A stretch of 63,646 bases of DNA, filler included, from Piptocephalis cylindrospora (lineage: Eukaryota), in NCBI GenBank assembly GCA_003614145.1. It is 29 parts of 29 records of this genome, joined end to end, with 100 filler letters (N's around TTAATTAATTAA, not from the genome) between each part and the next. Parts side by side here need not be neighbours in the genome. Positions count along the whole stretch, not along the records: positions 11,184 to 13,194 come from KZ989069.1; positions 13,295 to 15,414 come from KZ989070.1; positions 15,515 to 17,631 come from KZ989071.1; positions 17,732 to 19,846 come from KZ989072.1; positions 19,947 to 21,950 come from KZ989073.1; positions 22,051 to 24,161 come from KZ989074.1; 23 more parts are not named here. One strand, given 5' to 3'. Positions within the stretch are counted from its first letter, which is position 1; every line of letters starts with the position of its first letter. A program made the translations under genes and the position numbers. Shown piece by piece: positions 11,184 to 23,533 of this stretch. The notes below the pieces were generated by a model. That model was not told the DNA's origin, searched no databases, and saw only the letters and a list, made by a program, of their open reading frames with translations.

Positions 11184-11769
11184 TGCGGTGATGAAGCTTT
11201 TTCTTAAGAGACCCTCGGCTGGGCAGGACCTTGTTCCCAAAGTGCTCAAATGGGCCACTGAAGATACGGATGACCCGGATGTCCGGGATCGGGGCTACAT
11301 CTATTGGCGTCTCCTTTCCACAGATCCAGTGGTTGCCAAGGAGATTATCCTGGCGGATCAACCGGAAATATCCCTGGAGAGTGCTGAGGAGATGGCACCT
11401 ACCCTCTTGGATGAGCTTCTTCTGCATATCTCTTCCTTGGCCTCTATTCATCATAAGCCTCCCACTTCCTTCATTCCATCTAGTAAATCCCGGACCTTGG
11501 AGGTTTCCAAGGTTCTAGTTACCCGAGGATCCCCCTTTCCCTCCCCAGCCTCTATCACCGCGACCACATCCGCTCCCCCCCCCATGCACATTGATCTTCC
11601 ATCCAGACACCTTGCTATTCCCGGTAATCCTTATGAGATGGCCGCGGACCGTCCTGCCCTTGCCCTGACCCCTGGACCATCCCCCTTCCTTACTGCCTCC
11701 TCCGGCGGGAATTCGCCTGTCGTCTCTACTCATGAAGAAGATGAGAGAGGAGGGGAGGCTTCCAAATGA
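11184..11769 (+). CDS. AP-1/AP-2 adaptor beta subunit, 3' part
   Basis: KLFLKRP...LVPKVLKWATEDTDDPDVRDRGYIYWRLLSTD...LLDELLLHISSLASIHHKPP. Confidence 0.9.
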
Positions 11770-11896
11770 TCGATTAGAGGGGGAGATATGTAAACTAGAA
11801 AGTTTTCTATTATCCATCCTATCCATTTGTATTATCAGGCTTTTAGAAAAGAAGTACCATCTCCATATACCAAATCCACATACCCCTTGGGTAGCC

Positions 11897-13194
11897 TTAA
11901 AAGGTTCCCCGAAATTTTTTCATCTCCAAAAGTAGGGTTTGCTCACTGATGGGTGGGTGGGCCATGTCTCGGGTGACATGTCGACCCTGTCGCTCAATCA
12001 ATCCAGTGAAGCGGGTATAGGCGAGGAGAAGACCACTGAGTGTGGCTTGCAAGACGGTCTGTCCAACCTTAAAGTTGGAAAATTGCTTCATGGCTGCAGT
12101 GCTTACAAAGGCAATCCGTTGCCTCCATGCCGCGTTAAAGTCTCCGGACACTCTATCCAATTCCTCTGAGAGAAGCAATGAAGTGAGTGGGAGAGGATAA
12201 GAGGAGGTGAAAAAAAGAAACGAGTCAGGACGAACCAACTGGAATGGATTTGACTGGATCCTTGCCCTTGGAGGTGGAAGGCCGATGCTCCTGGAGAAAG
12301 GTCAGGAGAATAGAAAAATGTTCTTGAAGCTCCTTGTCAGCGTAAAAGTTCACTTTGGCATTGAAGAACCCGCGGAAAAACTCCGTTTCACTTTCTGTAT
12401 ACCGCGAGGCCTAGAGATCGGGAGGACGGGTGAGGGCGAGTAGGTAGCTAACGCGGATGAAGTAGTATGAACTTACAGAGAAAGTCTCGAGGGTTAAATG
12501 GGCATTATTAATGAGAAAGGCCAGATTACGATGACTATCCCATTCATTTGCCACCGTCTCCATCAGAACGATGATTGCACTACGCAAACGGGTAATGCTG
12601 GGGGTGAAGGGGTGAGTGGGCTGAGGGGAGTTGATGAAGAGGATAAGAGTGTTTGTAATTACCTAGTGGTGATGTTTCCATCGTTGTACCCATGGTTCAG
12701 CTGAAGAAGCGAGGAGGCAAAATGGGTGTATCTTTTCATGACCTGTGTCCGAAAAAGGAATAGACCGAGGTTTGAATGAAGGACCTTGTTAAGACCCACG
12801 AGCGACATGAGATACATTCAATCTCAAAGCACTTACTGGATGCATCTGACTCTCAGGGGCAGAGGGCATTTTACGGACATTAACCTTACGAACGCTCTCA
12901 ATGTGTCTATCCATGACCCACTGAAACCTGGGCCATAGCAGCATGGATGTGGCATGGGTGAAATCATCCATGCCCGGAATTCGACGTTTGGAGAGCTCGG
13001 AAATGATGGCCCCATTGATCCGTATACATAATAGGAGACCCAGGGCATCATGGTTACCATCAATGGACTTTCTCAGTGAGTTCTGTTTCGTAGGATGCGG
13101 TGAGGAACGGTAAAACACGTCATTTGAGCAAAAGTACGCATACCAAGGCCGTCTGAAAGGTCCCACTAAAGATGTTCGAAAAGAGATGCTTCCG
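11897..13194 (-). CDS. VPS52: GARP complex subunit VPS52, 3' part, multi-exon
   Basis: DALGLLLCIRIN...RRIPGMDDF...LLWPRFQWVMDRHIESV, then FSNFKVGQTVLQATLSGLLLAYTRF, ending EMKKFRGTF*. Confidence 0.92.
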
Positions 13195-13949
13195 NNNNNN
13201 NNNNNNNNNNNNNNNNNNNNNNNNNNNNNNNNNNNNNNTTAATTAATTAANNNNNNNNNNNNNNNNNNNNNNNNNNNNNNNNNNNNNNNNNNNNCAGAGC
13301 GGGGTCCAATCCTATGACGCAGATGCAAGGTAGGCGACACCGAGAGCCAAGCCTTGAGGGCACGCAGGATGGGGAGTAAGAATGAGGGGATGGGGGGCAA
13401 TGGTCTTCATCGATTCACTACGATGCTATGGGTGGGGGAGGCCCCAATGAGGCCTGGAGTGCGGCTGAGAGGAGGAGGGATCAAGTAGGACGAGGAAGAG
13501 ATCATGTGGACTAAGCTAGTAGGGGAAAATGAGGGTCAGGACCACCGGGTGCTGTGTCTCTCACAGACACAGCTTTTCCTGCGGATGAAGGAGAGAGAGC
13601 ACACGATGACTCGGGAACCTACTTGTATGACCATGATCCTGGTATTGGTATTACGACCATCAAGGCAGAGCTAGCTTCTCTTTGGTCATCGTCAGAAGTG
13701 CATTCATGGGGTCATGTTTCAGGTCATTTCCTGTAGGAATGTCATGGCTAAAGAAAAGCGATTCAGCTCTCATCCACTCAAGTACATGGTTGTTAGACAG
13801 ATCTCCCAGACCCTCACGATCATCCATCGCCTTGTTTCACGGACACAATAGACAGGCAGTATGAAGCATAGGTGGAATCGGGAAAAACAAAATTCGCATA
13901 TAAGCAAGGATCTCCAACCCATCCCATTCTATCCCAGAAGCAATGCTGC

Positions 13950-14778
13950 TCAGGTGGTCTCGGTGGTAGCATCATTTCCCTTAAGCAGGGAGAGAAAGTT
14001 GGCCTTGTCCATCTTGGCCGCTATAAAAAAAAGGTGTGGTGTGTCAATGAACCTGCCCTGTGTCCTAATCCTGGTCTGTCCGCCCACCCTCATGCCCTTA
14101 TCCACTTACCTTCTCGATGAACCGACTCGGACTTGGCCACTGACCCAATCTTCCCCACTTCGACACTGGTTTGCTGCTGTGTACGGATGGCATTGAACAG
14201 CTGGACCACTGAATTAAGGAGGCCATGTTAGCATTTTTACCCAGATATCCGCATCCTAAAGGGTTCAACTTACCACCACGAGTAGCCACCTTCTTTAGCT
14301 TCCTTTCATAGTCCATCCCCTCAGGCTGAGGCTTGACTCGGTCCACGTCCATCTCCCGCTTCTTCTCTTGCCGAAGCATCTTCTTGGCCTTGCCCTCCAG
14401 CTTCTCCTCAAAAAGCCGTTTCTCCACCCCGGACCTTGCTAGGATGGGTGCTGATTGTGCCCCCTTGGACTTGAGCGTCTTACCCAGGATATGGGTCAAT
14501 GAACTGGCCAGGGCTAAATTGTTCCCCGGATCCTTCTTCTTCCTGGACTCAGCGCCCTTGTCGTCCTTATGTACTGTATCTTCATCACTGTCTGATGCCT
14601 CACCTTCCTCCTCTTGGCCCAGTTCCTTTTCCTCAGTAGATTCTGCTTCTTCCTCAGATACCGCCTCATCTTGATCCAGCTCCTTTTTATCCTTCATCAT
14701 CTTGTCCTGTCCAAGATTCAGGGTACCCTTGGGTAGCGTGGAGGCGGTGGAGCGAGTAACTCTTGTGGAAGGGGCCAT
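13950..14778 (-). CDS. RRP15: Ribosome biogenesis protein RRP15, complete, three exons
   Basis: ATG at 14778 (MAPSTRV). Acidic N-terminus, then DYERKLKKVATRG | VVQLFNAIRTQQ, and a last exon MDKANFLSLLK...*. Confidence 0.9.
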
Positions 14779-14917
14779 GGTGGGTTGTACTAGGAGTTGG
14801 GGGAGGAAGGTGGAGAGGAAAAAAAGAAAAGCCCCTGCACACCTCACACGCACATAAGCCATGCTATGTCCACTCAGAATGGCCTTCATGGCCGTCTCAA
14901 AAAAGGCGCGCTCTGCC

Positions 14918-14932
14918 GAAAAATATTTTTCA
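14918..14932. promoter_or_regulatory. RRPE-like palindrome upstream of RRP15
   Basis: GAAAAATATTTTTC is a perfect 14-nt palindrome. It reads TGAAAAATATTTTT on the RRP15 strand, about 140 nt upstream of the ATG, and resembles the fungal RRPE TGAAAAWTTTT. Confidence 0.45.
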
Positions 14933-14954
14933 TTTTGGATTTTCCAGTGTGAAA

Positions 14955-15015
14955 TACCCTGTGCCCGCTACCCAATACATTTCGCTGTTTACTACTACTA
15001 CCCTGTGCCCACTAC
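14955..15015 (+). mobile_element. Extremely 5'-truncated LINE insertion (14972-14998) with a 17-nt target-site duplication
   Basis: CCAATACATTTCGCTGTTTACTACTAC matches the LINE 3' end at 56461 onward (one mismatch before the tail). It is flanked by TACCCTGTGCCCGCTAC (14955-14971) and TACCCTGTGCCCACTAC (14999-15015). Confidence 0.88.
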
Positions 15016-15514
15016 AAAGCCCCCCATACCTTTCCTTGATAATAATAATCATAATAATATAGTATAGGATCACAAAAGAGAGAAGAAAGTAAGATACTGC
15101 ACACAAAAAGAGCACATATCGTATATTGGCCTCGCCTAGTCACGTTATTCTTCATCCATGATCAGTCTCATTCTTAACATTCTCTTCTTTCCCATGCTCT
15201 CTCTCTCTCTCTCCCCAACCCTAATCTTAAGTCTCCAATATTCATGAATCGTACTACTCTCTCGGGAGTGCACACACAGTCAGGTAGACAGCAAACAGAC
15301 AGACAGACAAACAAACAGGAACACAATCGCTCCAGCCCACATGGGGGAGGGAAGGACACACACATCCAACGCTCCGGGAAGGGTACAATCCCCTCTCCTT
15401 CGTCCTCCTCTTACNNNNNNNNNNNNNNNNNNNNNNNNNNNNNNNNNNNNNNNNNNNNTTAATTAATTAANNNNNNNNNNNNNNNNNNNNNNNNNNNNNN
15501 NNNNNNNNNNNNNN

Positions 15515-15789
15515 AATTGCCAGGTGCACACCCCAGGAGGATACCGGCCCTTCTCGTCACTCAGAGTAATACCCAATTGGATGAGTTTGAGGAGGTCCAC
15601 ATTGCATCGGAGGTACTGGTAGTGAAAATCTCCGGGCCCCAGGAATTGGCCCATGGGTCTGGCCACTGTCCCGGGAAACTCGGTATCCATGGCCAGGTAA
15701 GGGTAATCCTCCAGCAGGTCCTGGAGGTTGGCCATTTCCTCCACTAGGTTCTCTGCCCATACCTCCCGGATAAAGTCTGAATCTTGCAT
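15515..15789 (-). CDS. CAF1: CCR4-NOT deadenylase subunit CAF1/POP2 (CNOT7), 5' part
   Basis: IREVWAENL...YPYLAMDTEFPGTVARP...YQYLRCNVDLLKLIQLGITL...CTWQ. Confidence 0.95.
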
Positions 15790-15999
15790 TGAGAGGGGTG
15801 GGGAGGAGGTTGGGGAAAGGACGGGGGATGAGAGGGGGAAGGGAAGGAAAGGAAAGGAAAGGAAGGGGGAAGTGTACTTGTGTAGTCTAGTCATCCATGC
15901 CCGTCTGTCTTTCCCTGGAGCAAAGCATTACTGTACACATCCCAGAGGATGGCCCCTCTCCCTCCAGATCAGGGACAGCCGTTCTCTCACCCATGCATC

Positions 16000-16023
16000 T
16001 GTGTGTGTGTGTGTGTGTGTGTG
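16000..16023. repeat. (TG)n microsatellite
   Basis: Read directly. Similar tracts occur at about 28391-28410 and 32230-32255. Confidence 0.9.
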
Positions 16024-17141
16024 CAGATAAATGTGGATAGAAAAAGGAAAGTGAAATTTAGTATTGCTGTGGTTAAATTAGAATGAGAAAGGACAATGGT
16101 GGAGTTTAATCCATTGTGTGTGGGTCTGTATATAGTCTTTTGGATGCATTACCCCGCAAAACAGTACGGTTTTCAACAACAAAGTCGAACCCATTTGACA
16201 GCATTCCAGCGTATTTTAAGCAGCTTGCAGTGGTATCGAATATCTAGATATTTCAATTTGTATTTCTTTTGATCTAACCATCTTCACGTATCATCCTAGA
16301 GAAACTCTCCTTTGGTTTTCCATCAATATGCAAAAGGCTTCCCATCATGGCAAAGGGTCTATCTACATCATCCGTCATCACCTTATTCCCCACATAAATC
16401 ACCCTTCCCCAGTATGATCAGGACGGGGAAAGATGAGCCGTGACGGAATGATCCGGGGTAATATGAACATATCCCGAGACATGTGTTCCCCATTCACTTA
16501 CCCTATCCTCTTCATCGGAAGTACTTGCTATCTCCCCGCTTTCTTCCGCCTTCCAAGGAGCCCATCGCCCTTGTCTCCCCCCTCCTCTAGGGCCAACAAT
16601 GCAACAAGGAAGTCCTGGTCAACTAGTAGCCTTGACTTGAACGGTATCCAAGGTATGCTCCCACACCATTTCGGAGCACCAGGGTCTCCTGGCCCATGCC
16701 TTCCGATTGGCCCTTTGCCTTGGGGCTGGGGAGCCCGTGACACGGTCATCTATATACATTGGCCCTCCTTCCTCCTTCTCCTGATATAACTCCCTCTCTT
16801 TTGTCATGTTGACCCAGCTCACGCATATCTCCAGTCTTAAAAACTGACTGAGTTGGCGACTTTTATGGGGGCAACTAGAAAGGTGAATGGAGAGGAGATA
16901 AGCTTGGCCTCATGGTGTGCGGGAAGGTAAGCTCACCATCCCCTTTCACCCTCCTCCCCCCAATATCACCCCTACACACATAGGATTCACACACCCACAA
17001 GACCCTTTCCCACCCTGTCGGTTATAAAACCTACGACGCGTCCCAGCCCTCCCCCTTTGTCCGCCCCGTGCTTCCTTCCTCCCTCCTCTCCCTTCCACTC
17101 TCCCACCTCATCTCCCACACCTTCCTCCTCCCTCCCTCAGA

Positions 17142-17631
17142 ATGGTCAAAGTCGCTGTATTGGGTGCTGCCGGTGGTATCGGCCAGCCTCTCTCCCTCCT
17201 CCTCAAGTCCTCCCCCATCATCTCCCACTTGGCCCTGTATGATATCGTCAACGTCCCTGGAGTGGCTGCTGATCTCTCCCACATTGACACAGGCTCCTGT
17301 GTCACTGCCCACATCGGCGCTGATAGCCTAGGCGCCGCCCTCGAGTCCGCCAAGGTCGTGGTCATCCCCGCTGGGATCCCCCGAAAGCCTGGTATGACCC
17401 GGGATGACTTATTCAAGATCAACGCGGGCATTGTCCGTGACTTGGCTGAGGGCATCGCCAAATACTGCCCCACCGCCTTTGTCTGTGTCATCTCCAACCC
17501 TGTCAACTCCACCGTCCCCATTGTCGCCGAGGTCCTTCGAGCTCGTGGAGTCTTTGATCCCCGTCGCGTCTTTGGTGTTACCACCTTGGATGTGGTTCGA
17601 GCTCGTAAATTCCTTTCCGAAGCCTCCTCCA
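17142..17631 (+). CDS. MDH: NAD-dependent malate dehydrogenase without presequence, 5' part
   Basis: [60 protein letters not shown] and [10 protein letters not shown]. Confidence 0.96.
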
Positions 17632-17731
17632 NNNNNNNNNNNNNNNNNNNNNNNNNNNNNNNNNNNNNNNNNNNNTTAATTAATTAANNNNNNNNNNNNN
17701 NNNNNNNNNNNNNNNNNNNNNNNNNNNNNNN

Positions 17732-19846
17732 CTTCTCATACAAACAGGAAAACAGGTCACACTCGGCACACTTGTCATACTTTGATATCTCTCCATATTC
17801 TTGCTTCGACAAAACCCCGAGTATTTATACTCTTCTCAAACCACTTCATCCCCTTAATCCATTAAGCTCCTTATCCCCTTCATCTCAACGACCATCTAGC
17901 TTCTACCTTTGTCATCTGGAAGTCAATCAATGATCACTAGTTTGATATATCAATGTGATAATCTTGATAGCATCAGTGGCTCCATCCTTGGTGTGCTTCT
18001 CTTATCACACTGAACCCTGTTCAGACTTCTACTCAGTGTCATTTCCTGCACATTTGATCATCACTACACGACAATACTGTTAAAAACAGCAGTCATTATA
18101 CACAAAGAAGTATTAATTCTGATCGCGTTACACCCTCAATCATGCGTTAAAACGGACAAGGCTATTCTTAAACCCCATAAAAGCTTTATTTTAGCTCTAC
18201 ATGGAAACCTAGCTCTACTCTTATCCAAGTACTCCCAGCCTCCGACCCTCGAATCCCCTTATCTTCTCCCTCTATCTTTACCCTCTTCCGTGATTCTTCT
18301 AGGGGATAGGAAAGGTATAAATAGCTGGACATTCGAGCCCTTTCCCATCAGTTTCTAGCCTATATAATCCATGGTCCTCTTCTTTACCTCTCCTGTTTTC
18401 TGAATCTATCCTAATCAAAATTATCATCGATAAAGATTGGTCTCCAGTTAAGAACGCCCCCCCAATTCATATTGTTAGAGGCCTGATTGTTGGAGGGGGG
18501 GTGTTGGGGTTTAACTATTTATCACGTTTGATATGTTAGTATCAAACCACGGGATGACCACTGGAACCATACCACAAGAAGAAAGGAGAGGGGGCAAAAG
18601 GGAGGAGGGGAAGAAGATGAAAAGACGGGATAGTCTTAGCATGCTTCATCTTCCTGTCCTTTCCTCTCCCATGCTCGTTCTCTTAGAAGTCCTCCTTACC
18701 CACCCACACACATCCACTCCCTCTCCCATCCTCTATATGAGGTATGAGAAGGTCATCTCATCAGGATGACCTTTCCGTCCCTACACCAAATGCCATGTAA
18801 GTGCTTTATTCCATCTTAAATTGTATGTGGTATGTGACCTTTTGACTACACTCCAGACGGGCAGCTCCATTCCCAAATATTGGCACGCAAATGGATATGA
18901 TGGCATTGTCTTGTCGATTAGCGTCATTAAGACAAAGGGCAATTGATGAAGGGGGTTGGCCTTGCCACCGAACATCCCTGTCCTCCTCTTATTCATCTCT
19001 GTGCTTGTAGTGTATGTCAGGTATATTTTCCTCGTTGTAACAACACTTTAAATAACGGCGGATGGATGCAGTATGTTAGAGACATGAGACATTTCAGGTG
19101 TGGAGACAGGATGCTATGTTGGCCCCCTACCCTCACGCTTCTCTTTTTCGATGATAATTTTGATTAGGATAGATTCAGAAAACAGGAGAGGTAAAGAAGA
19201 GGACCATGGATTATATAGGCTAGAAACTGATGGGAAAGGGCTCGAATGTCCAGCTATTTATACCTTTCCTATCCCCTAGAAGAATCACGGAAGAGGGTAA
19301 AGATAGAGGGAGAAGATAAGGGGATTCGAGGGTCGGAGGCTGGGAGTACTTGGATAAGAGTAGAGCTAGGTTTCCATGTAGAGCTAAAATAAAGCTTTTA
19401 TGGGGTTTAAGAATAGCCTTGTCCGTTTTAACGCATGATTGAGGGTGTAACGCGATCAGAATTAATACTTCTTTGTGTATAATGACTGCTGTTTTTAACA
19501 GTATTGTCGTGTAGTGATGATCAAATGTGCAGGAAATGACACTGAGTAGAAGTCTGAACAGGGTTCAGTGTGATAAGAGAAGCACACCAAGGATGGAGCC
19601 ACTGATGCTATCAAGATTATCACATTGATATATCAAACTAGTGATCATTGATTGACTTCCAGATGACAAAGGTAGAAGCTAGATGGTCGTTGAGATGAAG
19701 GGGATAAGGAGCTTAATGGATTAAGGGGATGAAGTGGTTTGAGAAGAGTATAAATACTCGGGGTTTTGTCGAAGCAAGAATATGGAGAGATATCAAAGTA
19801 TGACAAGTGTGCCGAGTGTGACCTGTTTTCCTGTTTGTATGAGAAG
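17732..19846. repeat. Whole-contig foldback: 699-nt inverted arms (17732-18430 / 19148-19846) around a 717-nt loop
   Basis: The contig starts CTTCTCATACAAACAGG and ends CCTGTTTGTATGAGAAG. Complementarity runs to TTATCATCGA / TCGATGATAA. Confidence 0.95.
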
Positions 19847-19946
19847 NNNNNNNNNNNNNNNNNNNNNNNNNNNNNNNNNNNNNNNNNNNNTTAATTAATT
19901 AANNNNNNNNNNNNNNNNNNNNNNNNNNNNNNNNNNNNNNNNNNNN

Positions 19947-20135
19947 GGAACCGGTCTCAATTGGTGGGACTTATCATCCTCTGCCCGTATCCTTTCCCCC
20001 TCAGACGACCCTAGGAACCCGATGGTAACCCCGGTGGAAGCGTGGTCTCGCGCCTATCGAAAACTCCTACCCGTCTGGCAAAGTATATACAAAGCCACAC
20101 GAGAAGTATCCAGAGCATGGAAAGATGTATCCTAA
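19947..20135 (+). CDS. 3' end of an unidentified gene, weakly like an FGGY sugar kinase C-terminus
   Basis: Open frame from the contig edge: GTGLNWWDLSSSARIL...EAWSRAYRKLLPVWQSIYKATREVSRAWKDVS*. Confidence 0.3.
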   Translation, partial: GTGLNWWDLSSSARILSPSDDPRNPMVTPVEAWSRAYRKLLPVWQSIYKATREVSRAWKDVS

Positions 20136-20990
20136 ACGGGAATGCATGATGTATTCCAAGCTTTAAAATGACACGATGTTGTTGTGTAGGAAACCAAGAT
20201 CTGAGTCTCTAAGGGAAATTTTGATGGGATATGGTTTGGGCTTAGAGGTCCTGATTGGAACTTGGCATCCTTCGTTTTTGAGGCTCTCGAGGCGACAATA
20301 TGGGGCTAGATACGGCTCCTTGTCTTGAAATCAACCCATTCAGGTGTATCTTAGTCAAGAGAGGCTTACAAGAGAAGAGGTTTACAAGAGAAGAGGCAGA
20401 GAAATGAGACTGAATTATGCCTTTTTGAAATTGATACAAAATGAATCAAATCGTCAGCTACTTGTGCCGTTCCTTTTTATTAAAAGGATCATGGAAAAAG
20501 GTAAAGGAAAGAACAGAGGAATGCAAAAGGCTTTGTGAATACTGAAATTATTCTTGCCATTAGCACTATTACGGGGTTCAAGAAATAGAGAGAAGACCCC
20601 GTGTATTTGGAATGGGAAAAGCCGTAGCGCGTATCTCGTCTTCATGTACATGTACTTGATAGCATCATAGATATCCAAATTTAACCCCTTAGGTAGGGCA
20701 TTATTCTACAATGAAAGAGGGAGATTCAATAAATAAAAGCTTGGAACACCTAAGAACTGGGTCGGGTATCCATGTAAAATTGAGACAAAGCTGAATGGGG
20801 TTCAAGGACCATCTCGTCCTTTTTATTACATGATTGAAGTTGGGGAAGGACCATGATTAACGCTCCTTTATGCACAGTGCCAGCGATCCAACAATACAAA
20901 GCATCAAACATACACGCCAATTTATTGACGCTTAACTAAATCATGGATAAATCATCTCATACCAGGAGTTGCTCGAAAATTGCAACTTAA

Positions 20991-21950
20991 TCACTGGGGG
21001 CGTCTACTAGTCGACACAGCCACTCTCCCAGTCCTCCTCCAAGCCTCGAGCCATGTCTTGAGGCGAGTAGCATGGGCCACACTCTCCTTTGGGAGCATGG
21101 GCAAATAATCAGTGAGAATAAAGAAGAGAAGCTTTGTCGCTTGCTGCCCATATGTCTCGAGCAAGGCTGCACCTGTCATCTCCAAGAAAGACATGAGCAG
21201 AGTGGCAGTGATCCGACGAGGAGTGAGGTTCAGTAGACGAGCAATCCACTTCCAAGCTTCGGACATTCCTAGGGGATTGCCTGGTTTACCTGGATGGTGT
21301 GAATAGTAAGGGAAAGGGTAAGTGATCCATGCACCATAAACATACCTTTTCCCCTCTCTCCTAACCATAAACCAATTCACTGGTCCTGATATATCACTTA
21401 CTAGAAACTTGCGTCTGAAGGATGCATCCATACAGAGCGATAACACTACTCATACGACGATGATACTGGTCCATTGTCTCCCACTTGGTTGGTGCTGAGG
21501 GGTCCTGACCAGGCTCAAGGGGAGCACGCTCCCATCCCTCCGCCTCCAGTCGCTGATCCAAGGACTGGTCTTCCTTGGCCTCGGGATACAAAGGGATCAG
21601 GAACTGGCAGGCCTGGGTCAAACGAGCAAGTAGGATTTCTTGAAAATCCTGATGCCGTTGCATTAGCCCCACACATACCCTTGCCAGGGGATACGCGGCA
21701 TCGGTATTAGCCTCAACTTCGGCGAATACCTGCTTCAGGACTGATTCAGAAGTCCAGTGCAGGATCCAAATCCCAGTCACCTTCCCCTTGCTCTTTCCCT
21801 GTTGAACAGCCCTATCAATCTCGGCAATCTACCCTCGCACATGAAGGGGGAAGGGGGAAGGGATAGAGGTAAGCGGATTTAATCATAGCGTAAGACAATG
21901 AGGAAGGGCATTCACCTTATCCATGATCACACGGGCACTGTTGGTAATCT
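20991..21950 (-). CDS. GLE1: mRNA export factor GLE1, 3' part, multi-exon
   Basis: KQVFAEVEANTDAAYPLARV...ILLARL...FLIP, RMSSVIALYGCILQT and AWKWIARLLN...FLEMTGAALLETYGQQATKLL. Confidence 0.88.
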
Positions 21951-23533
21951 NNNNNNNNNNNNNNNNNNNNNNNNNNNNNNNNNNNNNNNNNNNNTTAATT
22001 AATTAANNNNNNNNNNNNNNNNNNNNNNNNNNNNNNNNNNNNNNNNNNNNGGGTCTTGGAGGCGGGGGGGGCCTAGGACCGCTGGGTCGATAAGATTCTG
22101 GAGAGGGGAATGGGTTGGCCTTGATTGGGGAGGATTCGGGGGGGGCCCCTAGGTGCTTTTCGGAGAGGTAAGGGAAAGGGGGGGGGAGGTTAAAAAAGGG
22201 GAAGGGAAAGGGGGGGGGGGGGGGGGGAGGACACACACAAGCAGGGTACTATAGAGGGAAAAGAAGATCCTCGTAGGGGATGGGACCGGAGTAAATACGC
22301 CCTATGAATACGTGAGGCTTGGCAGGCTGTGGAGAGAGGGAGAGCGGAGCGCCTTGCACACATACACGCACACACGGCAAGGAAGGCTGCGCAAGATATG
22401 GCGGAACGGACACCAGAATGATGAGTGAGCTGTAGATATGGGTGGAAAGTCCGCAATGAGTGAGCATCGCCCCGACCTGGTAGGAAAGAGGTATATAATG
22501 TATTGCAATCTGGCACAGTGGCCCACCAGAATCACCCCATTTTTGGGGAATCCACGGGTGGACCATATCACAAACACACACCGAGGAGGAGGTCAGAGTC
22601 AGGGAAAAAAGGCCCATAGAGAGCGCCAGTATCTTGAGGAGCCGGGAGAAGAAAGGTCCAAGGATGGAAGTCAAAGGGGTGTAGGGAAATACTTGGAGAC
22701 GCCCCGACCTGGTAGCGAAGCCGTAGGCAACCAAATTTGGATGTTTTTTGACGAGGCTTTCCATGATTTTTAGATCGTTTCTCACCTCCACGCGTTTACC
22801 TGCACTTTACTACATGGACAAGGCAATACAATGAGCATATCCCTCAAGAACATTACTAGCCTAATTCGGGAACAATAGAACCAGAGTGTGGGGTTTGTCC
22901 CCCCACATCGTCTTCGGGAGAGACACAGTGAGAGGGAACAGGGTCGGAAAGGAGAGACAGGAGGGTCGGGGTGGGCGGGATTGCACTATTTAGCGGGAGG
23001 GAAAGTCGGATATTTTCCTTCCTTCCCTCCCTCTCTCTAGGCTCCCTCTCTTGTCTCTCACCTCTAGTCCCACCGTCTCTCTCTCGGGTTGCAACGCTCA
23101 TCTTGCCACCCTTTTCTGTTCTCTCCCACCAGACTGTAATACAACACAGAGGTTAATTTTAAAAAGCGCCTTTCTATAGAACCACCCCCTCTAATAAAGA
23201 AGAATCGGGTATGTAAATATCATGAATCACCTGGACATTGTGTTCGGATGCCCATCCGCCTACCCCACTGGGGAAAATAAAATGGTTTCATCATCATTAT
23301 CATGAATCATCTGTGAGCGCAAAGCAGCAGTATTCTTATCATTATTGTTATTATTATTAAAACAGCTATCCCATCAAGCCCTCAAATCAACAACAGGGTT
23401 AATCCATACCCAATCCCCATGAGTTTTTTGAGAAAGGTTCTCCAGTACCACGTAGATCGGCCTGATCTTACGCAGTGATGATTATGTTATTCAAATAGCC
23501 ATTATCCCGTGCCGCTTGGGGATAATACCATGA

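Noticed and set aside
13295..13860. 3' exons of a plus-strand gene convergent with RRP15
   Set aside because: Splice-like signals are present, but I could not build a consistent model or assign a family.
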